64,000 nt of DNA from an uncultured Desulfobacter sp. (GTDB lineage Bacteria; Desulfobacterota; Desulfobacteria; Desulfobacterales; Desulfobacteraceae), in NCBI GenBank assembly GCA_963665095.1, contig OY762069.1, forward strand, positions 4,480,001 through 4,544,000, written 5' to 3'. The first letter of the stretch is position 1; each line of letters begins with the position of its first letter. Below the pieces are notes generated by a model. It did no database searches, was not told where the DNA came from, and was given only the letters and a program-made list of their open reading frames with translations. Shown one piece after another: positions 18,903 to 29,308 of the stretch. Both the position numbers and the translations under genes were made by a program.

Positions 18903-19571
18903 TTAAAAATCACCGCCCCTGGGCAGTTCTTCCGCCCGGGGTGCTAAACTGGCAAGTATCAGCCGCTGAACTTCGGGCAGCAGACGATCAAAGCCTTTGC
19001 TGGCCGACGGCGTTTCCAGCGCTTCAAATGCCGCCTGAATCTCGTTTTTTACCGGCAGACACAGGTAGTGCAGGATCAGCGTGCCGATGACCATGGTATG
19101 GACAGCCAGGGGATCTGTCTTAATAAACAGCCCTTTTTCCACGCCTTCATCAATAATGGCCTGAACAATATTAAAGGTCACACTGACCTCTTCAAAGATC
19201 ACCTGCCCGAAATTGCTCCACCCGGAAACCATTTCCCGTATCATGATTTTTGTGAAATGGGGGTGGGTCTCCATGATGGCGGCCACCGCAGCGATATAGG
19301 TGCGCAATTTTTCCTCAGGCGTTTTTTGGGACTGGATCATCTGCCGGAGCTGTTCCGCCCGGTCACTGTAAATGTCATGAATCACTGCCTGGTAAAGGGC
19401 CAGCTTATTGCCGATGCGATAATAGATCATGGCTTTGTTCACCCCGGCCCTGCGGGCGATCTCATCAATCCGTGCACCGTTAAATCCCTTGTCGGCAAAA
19501 ATATGAAGCGCTGCATCCAGAATTTTACGAATGGACAGATCCCGTTTATCCTCTCTTATGGTTTCGGCCAT
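18903..19571 (-). CDS. TetR/AcrR family transcriptional regulator
   Basis: ILDAALHIFADKGFNGARIDEIARRAGVNKAMIYY HTH. Confidence 0.95.
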   Translation of the reverse strand: MAETIREDKRDLSIRKILDAALHIFADKGFNGARIDEIARRAGVNKAMIYYRIGNKLALYQAVIHDIYSDRAEQLRQMIQSQKTPEEKLRTYIAAVAAIMETHPHFTKIMIREMVSGWSNFGQVIFEEVSVTFNIVQAIIDEGVEKGLFIKTDPLAVHTMVIGTLILHYLCLPVKNEIQAAFEALETPSASKGFDRLLPEVQRLILASLAPRAEELPRGGDF

Positions 19572-19626
19572 AGTCTTTGTTCCTTCCGCCCGATTGATCC
19601 CGGCCTGTTTTGGGCAACCAAAAAAT

Positions 19627-19669
19627 TTAACTGTACGTTTAAAATAAACAGTTGGTTTAATTTTGTCGA
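19627..19669 (-). promoter_or_regulatory. Putative tetR-efflux operon promoter with tandem TetR operators
   Basis: TCGACA, 17 nt, TATTTT on minus strand, overlapped by TTAAC-N5-GTTTA (19627-19641) and TAAAC-N5-GTTTA (19645-19659). Confidence 0.55.
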
Positions 19670-19780
19670 GGGGGGATTGAAAGTTTTTTTAATCAGGATA
19701 TGAAAATAAGGGGAATGAGTAATTTGCAGCCGGGATTATAAGGCCTGGTGTTTTTACAGGCCTAACCCCGGCACTGGCAT

Positions 19781-20845
19781 TTAAAACGGCTCGACTTTGG
19801 GCAGCACATCCTTGAAAACAACGCCGTAAATATCCCAGATGGTGACGAACAAGGCGGCGATAATCGGACCAATGATGATACCGATGATGCCAAACATGGA
19901 GATCCCCCCCAGGGTGGAAAACAGAATGAGAAGATCGTGCATCTCCGTGTCCTTGCCCACAAGCCTGGGTCGCAGAAGATTGTCCACGCTTCCCACCACC
20001 AGTCCGCAGACAACAACAAGGATACCGGCCTTAACCCAGTACCCCTGGACCGCCAGCCAGAATGCTGCCGGTATCCAGATCAGGGCTGTGCCAATGCCCG
20101 GGATAATGGAAAGGACCGTCATCACGGCCCCCCAGAACACCGAACTGTGAATCCCCACAACAGCAAAGGCAATGCCCGAGGCGCCCCCCTGGATGATACC
20201 AATGATGGCGGTTCCTTTGATAGTGGCCCGGGCCACCGAGGTAAACCGGTCCAGAAGCCGGCGTTCGTCCCTGTCGTTCAGCGGCATATAAAATAGAATT
20301 TTTTCCAGCAGCTTATGCCCGTCGATGAGAAAAAAGAACATGGCATACAGTAAAATGGCCACCGTAAATATAAAATTCATTGTCCCCATGGTGGCGGCCT
20401 GCAGCCCGTTGACAAAAAACTGGCTTGCCGTTGCCACCAGTTGTCCCGCTTTTTTGTAAATGGTCTCTCTGTAAGGCTCAACATGTTCATAAAAGGGAAG
20501 GTCTTCCAGCCACTGGGAAATGGCCACCGGCGATTCCAGCTGTTTCTGAACCCAGGGCGTTGCCGTCTGCCCCACCTTGATGGCCTGGGAAGTGACAATG
20601 CCTAAAAGCCCGCTGGACGGAAGCAGCACAATAAGGATAATAATCAGAATGGTTGCCCCGGATGCCAGGGATTTTCTGTCTTTCAGCCATTTGCAGAGCC
20701 GCAGATACAGCGGATGGGCCAGGGAGGAAAAAATGCCGGCCAGAAGGATGGCCATGAGAAAGGATTTGATCATCACAAGAAAAATTGCTGAAATAAAAAA
20801 TACCAGCAGTAATAAAAAAGAGGGGTGGATCAGGTCACGATTCAT
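19781..20845 (-). CDS. AI-2E family transporter
   Basis: FFFLIDG, IGIIQG, SIIPGIGTALIWIP, DNLLRPRLVG, STLGGISMFGIIGIIIGP; AGGAGG RBS before ATG 20845. Confidence 0.92.
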   Translation of the reverse strand: MNRDLIHPSFLLLLVFFISAIFLVMIKSFLMAILLAGIFSSLAHPLYLRLCKWLKDRKSLASGATILIIILIVLLPSSGLLGIVTSQAIKVGQTATPWVQKQLESPVAISQWLEDLPFYEHVEPYRETIYKKAGQLVATASQFFVNGLQAATMGTMNFIFTVAILLYAMFFFLIDGHKLLEKILFYMPLNDRDERRLLDRFTSVARATIKGTAIIGIIQGGASGIAFAVVGIHSSVFWGAVMTVLSIIPGIGTALIWIPAAFWLAVQGYWVKAGILVVVCGLVVGSVDNLLRPRLVGKDTEMHDLLILFSTLGGISMFGIIGIIIGPIIAALFVTIWDIYGVVFKDVLPKVEPF

Positions 20846-20939
20846 GGCAAACGGCCTCCTGGATAATTTTTTTTGCAGTCTACCTGATTTGACGCAGGGT
20901 TTCAATCTCCTGATCTGCAAGGATTTTGTAAAAACTCCA

Positions 20940-21491
20940 TTAGAATTTGCAATGATGACAGATAAAACCGGCAATGGAAGCAATGTTATCCAGGGCAAGC
21001 AGGCCGGGGAGGGGTTCCTTTGTGTTCTCGGGGGGGGTGTCGCACACCAGGGCGCAGACACCTTTGAGGTTCGTATATAAAGGGGATTTTTCTATGCTTT
21101 GCCGCCAGATTTCTATTTTAGGATATGGTCCTGAAATCCAGCCCTCAATAAGGACAATATCTGCATGCCGGTAATAGGTCCGGATCAGATTGCCAGGCCG
21201 TGTATTTTCAGATGCCGGCAGATACAGGGCTGCCATTTTAGAATTGACCATGGCAGCCGGGACAGCGCCTGCATTCCGGTGCACATGGGAATCCTTGCCG
21301 GGTTTATCCAGCTCATAGGCGTGGCTGGAGTGTTTCAGGGTTCCCACAGCCAGGCCGTCCCGGGTAAAATGGCTCACCAGGGCGGCCACCAGGGTGGTTT
21401 TACCGGCACCGGGCTGGCCAATGATCTGAACAATAATTTGATCTCTGGTTGGAATTTGCTCTGTATTCGTCGTGTGTATTGGGGTCGGCAT
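20940..21491 (-). CDS. mobB: Molybdopterin-guanine dinucleotide biosynthesis protein B
   Basis: GQPGAGKTTL Walker A, LKHSSH, DKPGKDS..H..AGA, DIVLIEG; start codon uncertain. Confidence 0.85.
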   Translation of the reverse strand: MPTPIHTTNTEQIPTRDQIIVQIIGQPGAGKTTLVAALVSHFTRDGLAVGTLKHSSHAYELDKPGKDSHVHRNAGAVPAAMVNSKMAALYLPASENTRPGNLIRTYYRHADIVLIEGWISGPYPKIEIWRQSIEKSPLYTNLKGVCALVCDTPPENTKEPLPGLLALDNIASIAGFICHHCKF

Positions 21492-21504
21492 GGGCAGCCC
21501 TGGT

Positions 21505-22566
21505 TTAACTGCTTTTACCAAAAGAACAGTCCGGGAAGCGGCAGGTCTTGCAGTTTAGACACAGCCCGCCATGGCACAGGCTGGCCAGTTCCCTTTTTCC
21601 AGGGCGCTCCCCTGCCATGACCCGGGGAAGAATGAGGTCAAAAATGGTGGCCCGGTGGTACAGGCCACAGGCCGGAAGTCCCATGATCGCCGTCTGGGGG
21701 GTATATCCCAGAAGGAACATGGCACCGGGAAGGACTGCGGATGAATAGTGTGTTTCATCAAACCCGGCCGCCTCAATGGATTCCTTTGTCACATCGTCCG
21801 GATCCACGGACATGCCGCCGGTGGTGATGATCAGATCCGTGCCTTTAGCTATGTATTCCCGGATCTTTTCAGTAATTCTCTGTTTATCATCAGGCAGAAT
21901 GCAGACCTCCTGAATACTGGCTCCCAGATCCCCCACTTTTTCCTCGATAATGGCCTGGAAACGATCCTGGATCAGGCCTGTGTACACCTCGTTGCCCACA
22001 ATTATCAGGCGGATGGTCATGGGGTTAAAAACACTGACGGAAAAAATGGGGAAGGCCTGCTTTGCAAATGCCACGGCCTCATCCAGATGCTGACGGCTGA
22101 TCACCAGGGGAATGGCCCGGGTGGCAGCCAGGGCATGGCCTTTTGTAACGGCTGTATTTGTATGAATACTGGCGCACATGACGTCCGCCAGCATGTTGAA
22201 CCGGGTCAATGCTGCCACATTTACCCGGAAAAGGCCCGGATAGGCAGCCGTAAGTTCCAGCTTGCCCTCATGGGGCGTTGCGGAAAACACCACCCCGGGG
22301 CCAGCCAAAGCGGATGCCAGTTCAAGCACGGCGTCATCTTCATGCACATCACAGGTTTCATCCAGATCCAGAACATAGAGATTGTTCTTTCCCATGCGCA
22401 TTAACCGGCAGATATCCCCGGCCTGGACCCGGTGTCCCTTTTTAAAGGCCGGTCCCTTTGATTCTCCAGGAATAATTTCGGTCATATCATGGGCAATGGT
22501 CAAGCCCTGGGCATCCTGGACAGGAATGGTTTTAAACGGCTGCTTTGCTTCTTTCACTGTTTTCAT
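21505..22566 (-). CDS. Molybdopterin-binding (MoeA/MogA-like) protein with C-terminal Cys cluster
   Basis: AHDMTEIIPG, VHEDDA, GNEVYTGLIQD, TTGGMSVDPDDVT, VLPGAMFL, GGLCLNCKTCRFPDCSFGK. Confidence 0.85.
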   Translation of the reverse strand: MKTVKEAKQPFKTIPVQDAQGLTIAHDMTEIIPGESKGPAFKKGHRVQAGDICRLMRMGKNNLYVLDLDETCDVHEDDAVLELASALAGPGVVFSATPHEGKLELTAAYPGLFRVNVAALTRFNMLADVMCASIHTNTAVTKGHALAATRAIPLVISRQHLDEAVAFAKQAFPIFSVSVFNPMTIRLIIVGNEVYTGLIQDRFQAIIEEKVGDLGASIQEVCILPDDKQRITEKIREYIAKGTDLIITTGGMSVDPDDVTKESIEAAGFDETHYSSAVLPGAMFLLGYTPQTAIMGLPACGLYHRATIFDLILPRVMAGERPGKRELASLCHGGLCLNCKTCRFPDCSFGKSS

Positions 22567-23155
22567 TGGTATTCACAGGCTCAAAGTAGGATCCAAAGGC
22601 ACAGGGCCGGCACAGGATCTGGTTATTTTTACACACCTCTTTTTTATCCCTGACCACAATTCCACACCGGGCGCATACGGCTTTGAACCGTGTGGGCCCG
22701 GGCATATCAGAGGCCGGCACATCCACCTTCACTTCAGAGACAGTGAACAGTTCAGCATCCGCCATAACTTTGTAGGCTTCAAGCTGTTGCTGCCGGGGAT
22801 CCTGAATCTCGGGTTTAAGAACCGGGGCAAGATCCCTGGCTGTTTCCGTGGATACAATTCTGAAGGCAATACCGGTCTCAAGGTTCACAAAAGTGGCTGC
22901 CATGATACCGTTGTCAATAAATTTTAAAGATCTTCTGCCCAGCTTAACGCCTGTGACATAGGAGATGGCATCTGTTGCGCACCGGTCCATTTCCACATAT
23001 ACAATAATTTTTTTGATCTGGGGCAGGGTGGATGGCTCATCCAGGCCAATGAGGCGGCATCCGAGCATTGCCATGCGCACACCGATGATCTGGCCCGGAC
23101 ATAAATGGCCGTGAACCCGGGCCGACCCCTCAATCAATGAATCAAAATCATCCAT
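22532..23155 (-). CDS. FmdE (formylmethanofuran dehydrogenase subunit E) family protein with zinc finger
   Basis: HGHLCPG, VEMDRCATDA, CARC...CRPC. Confidence 0.9.
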   Translation of the reverse strand: MDDFDSLIEGSARVHGHLCPGQIIGVRMAMLGCRLIGLDEPSTLPQIKKIIVYVEMDRCATDAISYVTGVKLGRRSLKFIDNGIMAATFVNLETGIAFRIVSTETARDLAPVLKPEIQDPRQQQLEAYKVMADAELFTVSEVKVDVPASDMPGPTRFKAVCARCGIVVRDKKEVCKNNQILCRPCAFGSYFEPVNTNENSERSKAAV

Positions 23156-23298
23156 TCACACATCCTTTGGGCATTCATCTGTTTGAGTTGATATTAACCT
23201 CTCTTATGCTAAATGTAGCATAAGGTCAATAATGAAATATGTTTTCATTGACATAACGCCTGGGGGCAACCCGACAAAAGCAACCCCCGTCAGCCAAT

Positions 23299-24618
23299 CT
23301 ATGAATACATCAGGTGGGGCAGGAATAGAATAATGACGGGAAAGGCAATAAGGATGACGATCCCGATGACCAGGGCAACCAGGAAAGGCGTAATCCCCTT
23401 GAAGATTTTTTCCAGGGCCACGTTATGAGACAAGACATTTCTGGCCACCCCGTACACCACGTACACGTTGATACCCACAGGGGGGGTGATGACCCCCATC
23501 TCAGTCACCATTACAATGATAATGCCAAACCAGATGGGATCATAACCCAGCTCCATGACCACAGGGAAGAAAATGGGCACCGTAAGGGTAACAAAGGCCA
23601 GGGCATCCATGAAACATCCGCCCAGAAAATAGATCAGGATAATCACGGCAATGACCAGGGCCGGGGCCATCTGAAGCCCGCTCACCCATGATGCGATTTC
23701 AAAGGGAATCCGGGTGACTGCCAGAAATTTGCCGAAAATGACAGCGCCTGTGATCAGCATCAGAACCATGCAGGAAGTGCTCAAGGTCTCCATCAGGGAT
23801 TTCACAAAACCTTTCCAGGTGAGCTGACGTTTGGCAACCGAGATCACCAGGACGCCGAATGCACCAATGGAAGCAGCTTCTGTGGGCGTAAACAATCCAT
23901 AGAAAATACCGCCCACCACCAGGGCAAAGATGATCAGGGTTTCTCCCAGCCCCAGAAGGGCTTTAAACCGGTCTGCCCAGGAGAAGCGCTCCCCGGCCGG
24001 CCCGGCATTTTTGTCCAGAAGGCAGGTAACAAAAACCGCACATATGAACAGCACAGTCACAAGAAGGGCTGGAAAAATCCCGGCCACAAAAAGCTGGCCA
24101 ATGGACTGTTCCGTAAGAATACCGTATATAATTAACACCACAGAAGGCGGCATGATCATGCCGATACCACCGCCCGATGCCACAGACCCGGTTGCCAGGG
24201 CATCGTCATAATTGAACCGCTTCATCTCCGGCAACCCTACTGTGGCCATGGTGGCTGCTGTGGCAGGGCTTGAGCCGCATACAGCCCCAAATGCCGTACA
24301 TGCGGTTACCGTCGCCATGGCAAGCCCGCCCCGTATGCCTCCCAAAAATTTATACCCGGCCGAATAGAGACGCTTGGATATACCTGAGTTAAAACCCAGC
24401 TGCCCCATGAGAATGAACAATGGAATGGTGGTCAGGTCGTAGGAGGCAAAGGTTTCATAGACATTCCTGGACAACAACACCAGGCCCGCATCCGGGCTGG
24501 CCATTAAGGAGAATCCGACAAAACCCACCAGTGCCATGACAAAGGCCACAGGCATCTGGGTCATAAACATAACAATCATGGCAGCAATGCCGACTACTCC
24601 TGCAAGAATGGGGCTCAT
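23299..24618 (-). CDS. dctM: TRAP transporter large permease (second system)
   Basis: IPLFILMG, FGAVCGSSPATAA, MIMPPS, FTPTEAA, ITPPVGINVYV. Confidence 0.95.
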   Translation of the reverse strand: MSPILAGVVGIAAMIVMFMTQMPVAFVMALVGFVGFSLMASPDAGLVLLSRNVYETFASYDLTTIPLFILMGQLGFNSGISKRLYSAGYKFLGGIRGGLAMATVTACTAFGAVCGSSPATAATMATVGLPEMKRFNYDDALATGSVASGGGIGMIMPPSVVLIIYGILTEQSIGQLFVAGIFPALLVTVLFICAVFVTCLLDKNAGPAGERFSWADRFKALLGLGETLIIFALVVGGIFYGLFTPTEAASIGAFGVLVISVAKRQLTWKGFVKSLMETLSTSCMVLMLITGAVIFGKFLAVTRIPFEIASWVSGLQMAPALVIAVIILIYFLGGCFMDALAFVTLTVPIFFPVVMELGYDPIWFGIIIVMVTEMGVITPPVGINVYVVYGVARNVLSHNVALEKIFKGITPFLVALVIGIVILIAFPVIILFLPHLMYS

Positions 24619-25109
24619 CTGGTGGTGCCTTTTTTTAACTGATTGACGGTATCAACGATCTGCTGGAGGATGGTTCCTGAAAAAAAAGCCAGGCTTACCG
24701 CCAGAACAAGGACAATATAATGGAGGGGAAATTCAAGGTTCATGGAAACTTCATTTGCCTGCTGCATGTCTTTGGCATAAACAAACATCTGCCAGGCAAT
24801 CAGAGAGAAAAGGATCAGCGTTAAAGAACGGGTCAACAAATCCAGCACCAGACGGGTTTTCCGGGGCAGAAGCCGGGTAATGATTTCCACGCCCACATGC
24901 CCTCCGATTTTATAGGTATGAGGCATGGCCGCAGCAGCTACAGCAACCGCCAGGAAGCCCACAAGTTCTACAGATCCGAATATGGGGTGTTTGAAAAACC
25001 GGCCGGCGACATCAGCCACTGTAATGAGCATCATCAGAGTCAGCGCCAGAGCACCGGCGGATCGAAGCAGGTTAGAAACAAAGTTTAAAAAGCGATTCAA
25101 CAATTTCAT
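24615..25109 (-). CDS. dctQ: TRAP transporter small permease (second system)
   Basis: DVAGRFFKHPIFGSVEL, GHVGVEII; 4 TM; overlaps the dctM start. Confidence 0.9.
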   Translation of the reverse strand: MKLLNRFLNFVSNLLRSAGALALTLMMLITVADVAGRFFKHPIFGSVELVGFLAVAVAAAAMPHTYKIGGHVGVEIITRLLPRKTRLVLDLLTRSLTLILFSLIAWQMFVYAKDMQQANEVSMNLEFPLHYIVLVLAVSLAFFSGTILQQIVDTVNQLKKGTTR

Positions 25110-25143
25110 TTAACACCCTGTTATCTGGATGGACATAAGTTAT

Positions 25144-25189
25144 AAAAAAATTGGAAAGAATTCGTCAGATAACCTGACGAATTCTTTCC
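25144..25189 (-). terminator. Intra-operon hairpin/terminator between dctP and dctQ
   Basis: Perfect 16-bp stem GGAAAGAATTCGTCAG / CTGACGAATTCTTTCC (25153-25189) followed on the minus strand by AATTTTTTT. Confidence 0.7.
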
Positions 25190-25223
25190 GGAAACAAGTG
25201 CGTTGGATATTTATCTACGTGGT

Positions 25224-26216
25224 CTACATATTGGATTTTATAAAGTCTACAACGGCTTTGCCGTCCACGCCTTTTTTGGATACTTTTTCAATATATGCGG
25301 AAATAACCGGTTGAATTGCCTTCTGCCATTTTTCAGCCTCTTCATCCGACTGGGTAATCACTGTGCCGCCTTTCTCCTTGAAAAACGCCATGCCCTCTTT
25401 GTCGGATTCGTCCCATGCATTTGCATGTTTGCCGGCCCACTCCTGATTGACAGCCACAATTATACTCTGCTGCTCAGGCGTCAGTTTAGCCCATTGTCTT
25501 TTATTCATAAACACGGCAAAGGTGGTGGTGTAGGCGGTGGAAAAGTTCTGGGTCATGTATTTGACCACTTCACCCAGCTTCCAGCCCTTATTGGATTCAA
25601 TGGGATGACAGGAGCCGTCCACCACGCCTTTTTGCAGCATCTGGTAGCACTCCCGCATACTTTTTCCCACTGGAGACGCGCCCAGGGCAGCCATAACCAG
25701 GCCACTGGTTCCCGTGCTCCTTATTTTCAGGCCTTTAAGATCATCAAGGGTATTAATGGCCTTGTCACGGGTGTGAATCAGCCCCGGCCCATGGGCATGA
25801 AAAAACATGATCTGGGTATCTTTGAACTCTTTGGGTTTAAACTTGTTGTACATGGCATTGGCCACAGCCGTAGCCTGAACCCCGGAGTGGTAGCCCATGG
25901 GCAGGTCAATGGCTTCTGCCACAGGAAACCGTCCCCTGGAATATCCCAAAGCCGTCATGCCGATATCGGCAATACCCTGAACCACCCCATCGTAGGTCTG
26001 GGGGGCTTTGGTCAGGGTGGAGGCAGGGAAATATTCAAAGGTCACCTCCCCTCCGGTCCTTTTCTCAACTTCCTTACACCAGCTTTCAGCCAGCTGGCTT
26101 TGAATATGGGTGGGCGGAAAGAAATTGGAGTACCGCAATGTGGTTTTTGCCTCCAGATGGGGTGCCCAGGAAAGACACAGCAACAAAAGGATCAGTAAAA
26201 CAGGCCATTTTTTCAT
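25224..26216 (-). CDS. dctP: TRAP transporter substrate-binding protein (second system)
   Basis: Signal peptide; NFFPPTH, YDGVVQGIADIG, GRFP, DLKGLKIR, LQKGVVDG; GGAGG RBS. Confidence 0.93.
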   Translation of the reverse strand: MKKWPVLLILLLLCLSWAPHLEAKTTLRYSNFFPPTHIQSQLAESWCKEVEKRTGGEVTFEYFPASTLTKAPQTYDGVVQGIADIGMTALGYSRGRFPVAEAIDLPMGYHSGVQATAVANAMYNKFKPKEFKDTQIMFFHAHGPGLIHTRDKAINTLDDLKGLKIRSTGTSGLVMAALGASPVGKSMRECYQMLQKGVVDGSCHPIESNKGWKLGEVVKYMTQNFSTAYTTTFAVFMNKRQWAKLTPEQQSIIVAVNQEWAGKHANAWDESDKEGMAFFKEKGGTVITQSDEEAEKWQKAIQPVISAYIEKVSKKGVDGKAVVDFIKSNM

Positions 26217-26539
26217 GAATGCCTCCATTAAATGTGATTATAATATAACTATATATAAGCTTAAAACGTCTCCTTATCTTATCCAAGCAAGACCATGTGT
26301 CAAGCAAAAAAACGCCCGACTGGCGGGCTTCCTGGCTAAATTTAGTTGCACCATCAACCATGCATCATTAAAAGGTTCTGACTTTTATGTCCCGGCAATT
26401 ATCTGTTCAACAGATAAGCTTGATTAAAGCTAAATATTAGCTTCAGTTTACCAAAACAAACTCCCACCCAAGGAAGAAAAAATTTTTTTTCATGAAAATT
26501 TGGTAGAAACTGGCGTTCATTGCACCGTCAACCATAACC

Positions 26540-26694
26540 AGTGCCTGAACGAAAACCCCGTATTTGGTATTTGGACGCAAAGTTGCCCAGATGCAAGGCG
26601 CAAGCAAAGTTGCAACCGAAGCGTACTTCAGTACGTGAGGATTGCGGCTTTGTGCAGCAACGCCGCAAGTGGGTGACTTTGCGTTCAAACACTA
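26540..26694. repeat. ERIC-like intergenic hairpin repeat/MITE, copy 2 (inverted relative to copy 1)
   Basis: AGTGCCTGAACGAAAACCCCG...CAGATGCAAGGCGCAAG...GCGTACTTCAGTACGTGAG...GCAACGCCGCA...CGTTCAAACACTA. Confidence 0.85.
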
Positions 26695-26834
26695 ACGAAA
26701 AAGCGTGGTCCCATGCAGCATATCAGCAACCTCAAAATTATAAGAAATCATTGACTTTTATGTAGATTAAAAAACAAGTTCATGATAATTTCATACATAA
26801 TTTTTAACTCTCTATCAAAGTTCAAGTAAAAATT

Positions 26835-29123
26835 ATGAAAACCAAACTCAATTTCGTGTTGCAGCATCACTTGTTTTTTCTTGCAGTGTCGCTTGTCTTT
26901 GCACTGCCGTTTCTGCTTGGCGCCCCTTTTGTGAAAACAGTCGACAATGTCGATTACTTTACAATTGATAAAAATGACGACATGCAGTTTTACGATCAGA
27001 TAAAAGAGGTATTCGGGAATGATGAATTCTTTCTGATCGCCTTTAAAAAGCCGGATATTTTTACACCGGACAACCTGCGGATGCTCCAGCAGATTACTGA
27101 CGAAATTGATGGAATTGAAGAGGTCAGGGAGGTCAAAAGTCTTGCCAACATAGATGACACTATTGGCGATGATGCCTCTTTTGAGGTTAGAAAATTCCTG
27201 GAATCCATCCCTGATGATCCTGAAAGCCTTGCAGCCTTGAAAAAAAGTGCCCTGAACAACCCTCTTTATATAAACAATCTGATTTCAAAGGATGGTACAA
27301 CAGCCGCCATCGTTGTATTTACCTTTAAAAGGGATGGGGATGAGAGTTACCGGCGGGTATTGATTGATAAATGCCATGAGATATTGAATAAATATAATGA
27401 AGGGAAAACAGACAAAACCTCATTTCATATCGCCGGGTGGACAGCAACCAATTTGTATCTGAGCCAATACCTGAAAAGCGATATGGGTATATTTATTCCT
27501 CTGACCTATGTGCTGATCACCTTATGTGTATACTTTATATTCAGGAACATCCGACTCACCCTTCTGGCCCTTGCCAATATTTCCATGTGTGTGGGGTCAA
27601 CCATGGGCGTCTTTTATCACCTGGGTATTCAGCTGAACAATGTAACAACCATTGTCCCGCCACTTATCATGGCCCTGGCTCTGTGTGATACCGTCCACAT
27701 ATTCGCCCACATGGAACGTAATGTGCTGGTAAGGTTCAATAACAATAAGCGAGAAGCGCTTCTACATGTTATAAGTGTTGTTTTTGTTCCCTGCCTTATG
27801 ACCACCGTGACAACGGCACTGGGCTTTATTTCTCTTTATATCAGTGATATTCCGCCCATACGGCAGTTTTCAATTACGGCCAGTTGCGGCATGCTTTTTG
27901 AGTTTATTTTCTCTTTTATTTTTCTGCCGCCCATGATCCTTTTATTCGGCGGAGAAAAAGCTTTCATAGAGTACAGTGAAGAGAAATGGGTGCCGGGCAT
28001 CCTTGGCTGGATGCATGATCTGACAAAAAAATATGCAAGGCTGATTGTCCTCATGACTTTTGTCCTGGTTGCTGGCGCCATCTGGCAGACAACCACCATT
28101 AAAGTTGAGACCAACCTTCTTGAATTTTTTAAGAAAAGCAGTCCGGTTCGGCAGGCATTATCCTGGGTGGAAGCAGAGCTTTCCGGCATCAGTACCCTGG
28201 ATGTCTCTTTAAAAGCTGAAGATGATAACGCCTTCTTAGAACCTGACAACATCAAGGTAATTGACGCTGTCCAGACCTTTATTAAGCAGTGGCCCGGGGT
28301 GGATGTGGTCAACTCCTTTGCCGATTTTATCAAAGATATCAATCAATCCTTCCATAATGAAGATACAGCTCATTATGTCATTCCCGACTCAGGGCCGCTG
28401 ATCGCCCAGTACATGCTGCTCTATGACTCTGAAGATGTGAATGACTATATTAATGAAGACTACAGTCATGCCCGGATTGCAGCCAGAACCCATGTATACA
28501 GCTCCAGTGAACAGCGGGAACTGATTGAAGGCATTAAAAAATTCATCTCCACTCTGGATCATCCGGGGCTTCAGATCCGGGTTACTGGCCGGGCGGTCAG
28601 TGATGTCCTTGTGATTGACTCCCTGGTTAACGGTCAGGTGTCAAGCCTTTTACTGGCGGCCGGCATCATTTTGGGAGTTATGTTTCTGGTGCTGCGGTCT
28701 GTGAGTGCAGGGTGCTTAAGCATTATTCCCAACCTTTTTCCCATCATTCTCAACTTCGGCATCATGGGGCTTTTCAATGTCCCCCTAAACACGGCCACCT
28801 CGCTGATTTCAGCTGTAGCGCTTGGAATAGCAGTTGATGATACCATTCACTTTTTATATGAATATATCAAACAGCGGCAGACTGGTCAGAGCCGGGATGC
28901 GTCTCTTGACCGGGTCATCACCAGAAAAGGCCGAGCCATTCTGACATCATCAGTGATTCTTTGTATTGGCTTTGGAGTCATGGTATTTTCGAAATTCATA
29001 CCCATTGTAAATTTCGGCGTTCTAAGTGCAGTTATCATGATGACGGCCCTCATTGGCGACCTTGTGATTTTGCCTGCGGTTATTTACGTCGGCCCAGGGT
29101 CAAAAAAGACCAAAAACATATAA
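26835..29123 (+). CDS. MMPL/RND superfamily membrane transporter
   Basis: Two repeats of a periplasmic domain plus TM block; ALCDTVH and GIAVDDTIHF motifs; GDLVILPA. Confidence 0.9.
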   Translation: MKTKLNFVLQHHLFFLAVSLVFALPFLLGAPFVKTVDNVDYFTIDKNDDMQFYDQIKEVFGNDEFFLIAFKKPDIFTPDNLRMLQQITDEIDGIEEVREVKSLANIDDTIGDDASFEVRKFLESIPDDPESLAALKKSALNNPLYINNLISKDGTTAAIVVFTFKRDGDESYRRVLIDKCHEILNKYNEGKTDKTSFHIAGWTATNLYLSQYLKSDMGIFIPLTYVLITLCVYFIFRNIRLTLLALANISMCVGSTMGVFYHLGIQLNNVTTIVPPLIMALALCDTVHIFAHMERNVLVRFNNNKREALLHVISVVFVPCLMTTVTTALGFISLYISDIPPIRQFSITASCGMLFEFIFSFIFLPPMILLFGGEKAFIEYSEEKWVPGILGWMHDLTKKYARLIVLMTFVLVAGAIWQTTTIKVETNLLEFFKKSSPVRQALSWVEAELSGISTLDVSLKAEDDNAFLEPDNIKVIDAVQTFIKQWPGVDVVNSFADFIKDINQSFHNEDTAHYVIPDSGPLIAQYMLLYDSEDVNDYINEDYSHARIAARTHVYSSSEQRELIEGIKKFISTLDHPGLQIRVTGRAVSDVLVIDSLVNGQVSSLLLAAGIILGVMFLVLRSVSAGCLSIIPNLFPIILNFGIMGLFNVPLNTATSLISAVALGIAVDDTIHFLYEYIKQRQTGQSRDASLDRVITRKGRAILTSSVILCIGFGVMVFSKFIPIVNFGVLSAVIMMTALIGDLVILPAVIYVGPGSKKTKNI

Positions 29124-29151
29124 TCGGCTCTTCCGTGTTCGAGATGGGCAC

Positions 29152-29198
29152 CAAAAAGTAAAAGGCCCTGACTATCATATTGATAATCAGAGCCTTTT
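29152..29198. terminator. Intrinsic terminator, second copy (could act in both directions, also ending the MMPL gene)
   Basis: AAAAGGCCCTGACTATCA / TGATAATCAGAGCCTTTT stem with A/T tracts on both sides. Confidence 0.65.
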
Positions 29199-29308
29199 GA
29201 AGAAGAACCGGCGGCGTTCTACTCTCCCAAACAATACACTCATAGGCAGTACCATCGACGCTAAAGACTAAAACTTATAATCGGGTCTTCAGGGTTCGAG
29301 ATGGGCAC

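Noticed and set aside
22532..22566. Possible frameshift splitting an FmdE/molybdopterin-binding fusion
   Set aside because: Both proteins look complete and no clear slippery site; treated as a simple overlap.
26232..26262. ModE-like TATA-rich box upstream of dctP
   Set aside because: Poor symmetry, lacks the CG/GT flanks; explained by AT richness.
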